A stretch of 7,671 bases of DNA. Origin: Paraphysomonas bandaiensis. Lineage: Eukaryota > Protista > Chrysophyceae. The position numbers and the translations under genes were made by a program. The notes under the pieces were generated by a model that ran no database searches, was not told the origin of the DNA, and saw only the letters and a list, made by a program, of their open reading frames with translations. The stretch is taken from NCBI GenBank assembly GCA_965644295.1, contig CBFFRP010000056.1, positions 1 to 7,671 on the forward strand, read 5' to 3'. The first letter of the stretch is position 1. Each line of letters starts with the position of its first letter. Positions 7,526 to 7,671 of the stretch are shown one piece after another.

Positions 7526-7671
7526 ATTTCTAATCCCAACAACAATCACATTCCCTACAGTTTGTATTCCTAACTACATGGTACACGTATACAATACAGT
7601 ACTGTACTACTAATCATATAATACAGGACAAGTACACGTATATATTCTATATGTAAGTGGATAGTCATAGC

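Overview
The window looks like eukaryotic DNA (fungal or protist-like, with 46-53 bp GT-AG introns) made of nested, decaying mobile elements. I found no intact host gene, RNA gene or CRISPR array. From left to right: (1) an AT-rich flank; (2) a GC-richer, roughly 1.4 kb minus-strand pseudogene of unrecognised family (566-1974); (3) a decayed plus-strand exon (2139-2548); (4) a roughly 2.5 kb element (2549-5078) that interrupts this exon, bounded by the inverted repeat (TA)AGCTGAATCCTAATA with an extra internal left-end copy, and carrying two convergent decayed genes (one spliced, with a BED-like C2HC finger) but no recognisable transposase core; (5) a probable continuation of the interrupted gene; (6) a PIF/Harbinger-type remnant, made of a plus-strand accessory gene with a Q/M repeat convergent on the C-terminus of a DDE_Tnp_4 transposase (6238-6480, minus); (7) a GC-rich, strand-biased segment (about 6481-7320), possibly a retroelement 3' end, that replaces the 5' part of the transposase; (8) an AT-rich tail with a 28-bp tandem duplication. 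The transposase fragment is the only confident family call. The other protein assignments are inferences from manual translation, and no searches were run.
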